Shown here piece by piece: positions 59,297 to 64,000 of a DNA stretch of 64,000 nucleotides. The notes beneath the pieces were generated by a model, which was not told where the DNA came from, made no database searches, and saw only the letters and a program-made list of their open reading frames with translations. Positions within the stretch are counted from its first letter, which is position 1. Each line of letters starts with the position of its first letter. Both the position numbers and the translations under genes were made by a program. This DNA comes from Hormoscilla sp. (GTDB lineage: Bacteria > Cyanobacteriota > Cyanobacteriia > Cyanobacteriales > Desertifilaceae): contig JBFRWI010000160.1 in the NCBI GenBank assembly GCA_051439505.1, positions 8,160 to 72,159 on the forward strand. Direction: 5' to 3'.

Positions 59297-59590
59297 TCAT
59301 TTCTGCTTTCGATCTAACATCTGCATAGCGTAGGCTACCTCGCGCTCTAATTCTTCTCGCGTCTGGTCTGGAAATGGTGAAATATCGTAGACATCCATCA
59401 AATCTGAAAGTTGCCAGCGATCTATTCCTAACAGCTTTGCCGATCGTCCTGCACTGATATCATGCTGTCGTAACAACTCCATCACATAAGCTTCTTTTGC
59501 TTTCCGCTCAGCCGCTAACCTCTTTGCCTCTGGAATTTCTCTAACGGCTATTGTGAATTTTACTTCAATTCCCGCTTGTTGTCTATTCAT
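59297..59590 (-). CDS. UPF0175 family protein
   Basis: AYVMELLRQHDISAGRSAKLLGIDRWQLSDLM...TREELERE. Confidence 0.8.
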   Translation of the reverse strand: MNRQQAGIEVKFTIAVREIPEAKRLAAERKAKEAYVMELLRQHDISAGRSAKLLGIDRWQLSDLMDVYDISPFPDQTREELEREVAYAMQMLDRKQK

Positions 59591-59695
59591 AACTTTCCTT
59601 GATTAATTAATTAAACATTCGTTAATTAATAGCCTGCGCAGGCAGGCTTTGTTTGTGTAGCGGCAGGATTTATTCTGCCGCTACTGCCGCTACTT

Positions 59696-59771
59696 AGATG
59701 TTGGGTTTCGTGCCTCAACCCAACCTACTACGGAGGTGAGATGTTGGGTTTCGTACCTCAACCCAACCTAC
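59696..59771. repeat. Two copies of the TGTTGGGTTTCGT(G/A)CCTCAACCCAACCTAC hairpin repeat
   Basis: Tandem copies after chlN; another copy at ~15993-16022. Confidence 0.75.
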
Positions 59772-59773
59772 TA

Positions 59774-61577
<1,804 letters not shown>

Positions 61578-61798
61578 TATTTCGTTACATCCGTTCTCTC
61601 AACAGTGCTAATATACCTTGCAATTTTCGCTCACCCTAAAGTTTAACCCCCCGGAGGGCCATGAGACCGATCGAGAAATGTTTTTAGTCTGTTTTCACTC
61701 ATATATTGCACCATTCGCAACTAGAGGCACCCGCCTCGTTACTCGTTCCCCGGCAGATCCAGGGAACGAGGGGAAAACACTTTTTTATCAAGGTAGAG

Positions 61799-61850
61799 AG
61801 TGGGTTTTAACCCACTTTAGCTATTAGCCGGGGGTTTGAACCCCCGGCGG
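61799..61850. repeat. REP-like family A copy with a compensatory base pair
   Basis: agtgggttttaacccact instead of agtcggttttaaccgact. Confidence 0.8.
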
Positions 61851-61903
61851 GCCATGAGACTAATCGACAATTTAGATGTAACGTTTGGTTTGGTTGGGCA
61901 AGA

Positions 61904-62770
61904 TTAGACCATCATCAGATCCAATTCTTCTTCTTCGGCCTTAGCTGGTGGTTGCTGCGGGTTCAGATAGAAGTCCGACAGCAAGGTGAATAACTCCCGA
62001 TCGGGGGCATCATTTGGCACCACACCTTCAGGCTGTGCGAGAATTTGGTCAGCAATATTCAGGTAATAGTCGCAAACTGGGTTAAGATAGGGGTCCGTCT
62101 CGGCCATCTCAAACAAGGTTTTACCCTTAACGCGGGAGATGCGAATATCTTCAATCAAGGGCAGGATCTCCAGAACTGGCATGGGCACTGCTTCGATATA
62201 TTTGTCAATCAAGTCCCGCTTGGAGGTGCGGTTGCCAATCAACCCTGCCAGACGTAGGGGGTGAGTGCGGGCCTTTTCGCGCACCGAGGCAGCAATGCGG
62301 TTGGCGGCAAATAAGGCGTCAAAACCATTGTCCGTGACGATCATGCAATAGTCGGAATAGTTCAAGGGGGCGGCAAAACCACCGCAGACTACGTCCCCCA
62401 GAACATCGAACAGAATCACTTCGTACTCGTCAAAAGCATTCAATTCTTTCAGCAGCTTCACCGTCTCGCCCACCACATAGCCGCCACAACCGGCACCTGC
62501 TGGCGGACCGCCTGCTTCTACGCAATCAACTCCCCCATAGCCCTTGTAGATCACATCTTCAGGCCAGACATCTTCGTAGTGGTAGTCTTTTTCCTGAAGG
62601 GTATCGATAATCGTGGGAATTAGGAAGCCCGTGAGGGTAAAGGTACTATCGTGCTTGGGGTCGCAACCGATTTGCAGTACCTTCTTGCCTCGTTTGGCCA
62701 GGGCAACTGAGATGTTGCAGCTTGTTGTAGATTTGCCGATGCCGCCTTTTCCGTAAACTGACAGTTTCAC
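61904..62770 (-). CDS. chlL: Light-independent protochlorophyllide reductase iron-sulfur ATP-binding subunit
   Basis: [48 protein letters not shown] start with AGGAG RBS. Confidence 0.98.
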   Translation of the reverse strand: MKLSVYGKGGIGKSTTSCNISVALAKRGKKVLQIGCDPKHDSTFTLTGFLIPTIIDTLQEKDYHYEDVWPEDVIYKGYGGVDCVEAGGPPAGAGCGGYVVGETVKLLKELNAFDEYEVILFDVLGDVVCGGFAAPLNYSDYCMIVTDNGFDALFAANRIAASVREKARTHPLRLAGLIGNRTSKRDLIDKYIEAVPMPVLEILPLIEDIRISRVKGKTLFEMAETDPYLNPVCDYYLNIADQILAQPEGVVPNDAPDRELFTLLSDFYLNPQQPPAKAEEEELDLMMV

Positions 62771-63225
62771 GCTTCTTGTCTCCTAATCACTTTTCTTTTA
62801 GCTGGACGTGAGTTCGTGATTATGCTCAAACCCTCACTTCGCGTCGGGTTGAAAATGCCTCAAACCCCCATGATTGCGTTCAAGAGATCCTCAACTCCGA
62901 ACTCCGAACTCCGAACTCACGTTAGCTGGGTCTTATGTCTGCCAGGAGGCTTGCACCTACCGTGGCACGTCTAAATCCGACTCTAGCTTATATAAGTCAG
63001 GCTCAAAATTTTTGTAATCTTATCTTTATAAAAATAGGTACAATACACAAAATATATCCAAAATGGCCCTCCGGAAGGTTTGGGGCCATGAACCCTATTT
63101 GGTAGGCAGAGGATTGGACTCTGAGAGGGAAAGTGGGGCAACCGGTTAAACTGAAATTCCTGACTGGTCAAGGGATTCGGGATTTTGTTACAAATTGTGA
63201 ATTTTTCCCGTGAGTGCCTACAGCA

Positions 63226-63320
63226 GAGGTTCGTAGTGAGGACTTCAGTCCTCCATCTGAGGTTCGTAGTGAGGACTAAAGTCCTCCATCTGAGGTTCGT
63301 AGTGAGGACTGAAGTCCTCA
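63226..63320. repeat. Three tandem 33-bp repeats with an internal hairpin
   Basis: gaggttcgtagtgaggact(tc/aa/ga)agtcctccatct x3, no unique spacers. Confidence 0.85.
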
Positions 63321-63424
63321 ACCGACCGTTGACGGGTGTGGTCAAAACCAGTTGGTAAAGAAGTTGATAAGCTATGTCATTGCGAGGGGGGCCTACGAGG
63401 GATAAGCTTGTGTGAGAGGAAGTA

Positions 63425-64000
<576 letters not shown>

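Noticed and set aside
63226..63320. Possible CRISPR array
   Set aside because: The 33-bp units are directly adjacent with no unique spacers and there are no cas genes; it is a tandem hairpin repeat.

Overview
Chromosomal window from a cyanobacterium, probably a filamentous Oscillatoriales-like strain (inferred from dense HIP1 GCGATCGC octamers, chlL/chlN, bicA-nhaS3, an HpsJ-family gene and many short dispersed repeats). Housekeeping genes include two hybrid histidine kinases, an ABC exporter, miaB, ddl, metH, rplS-tRNA-Trp-secE-nusG-rplK-rplA-rplJ-rplL, a TamB-like gene, bicA-nhaS3, CCB2/4, dacB and chlL-DUF5331-chlN. These alternate with accessory patches. The most interesting patch (7.9-12.4 kb) is a HIP1-poor three-gene cluster: a stand-alone aldos-2-ulose dehydratase/isomerase (AUDH)-type cupin, a GH31 enzyme with the alpha-1,4-glucan LYASE signature (WQDMTT rather than WIDMNE), and a secreted NTF2/SnoaL-like protein. 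It is a candidate bacterial anhydrofructose-pathway operon (glycogen -> 1,5-anhydro-D-fructose -> ascopyrone/microthecin-type products). Other notable items: a HisD paralogue with altered active-site residues; a Roco (LRR-Roc-COR) gene with surface-variable LRRs and an in-frame palindromic repeat; a Roco-like LRR-only gene; a triplicated Phd antitoxin/RelE island; several nested MITE/REP-like elements, two with visible target-site duplications; and local duplications with pseudogenes. The last ~580 bp are low-complexity G/T sequence, probably a sequencing or assembly artefact. All family assignments come from motif recognition by eye, not database searches.
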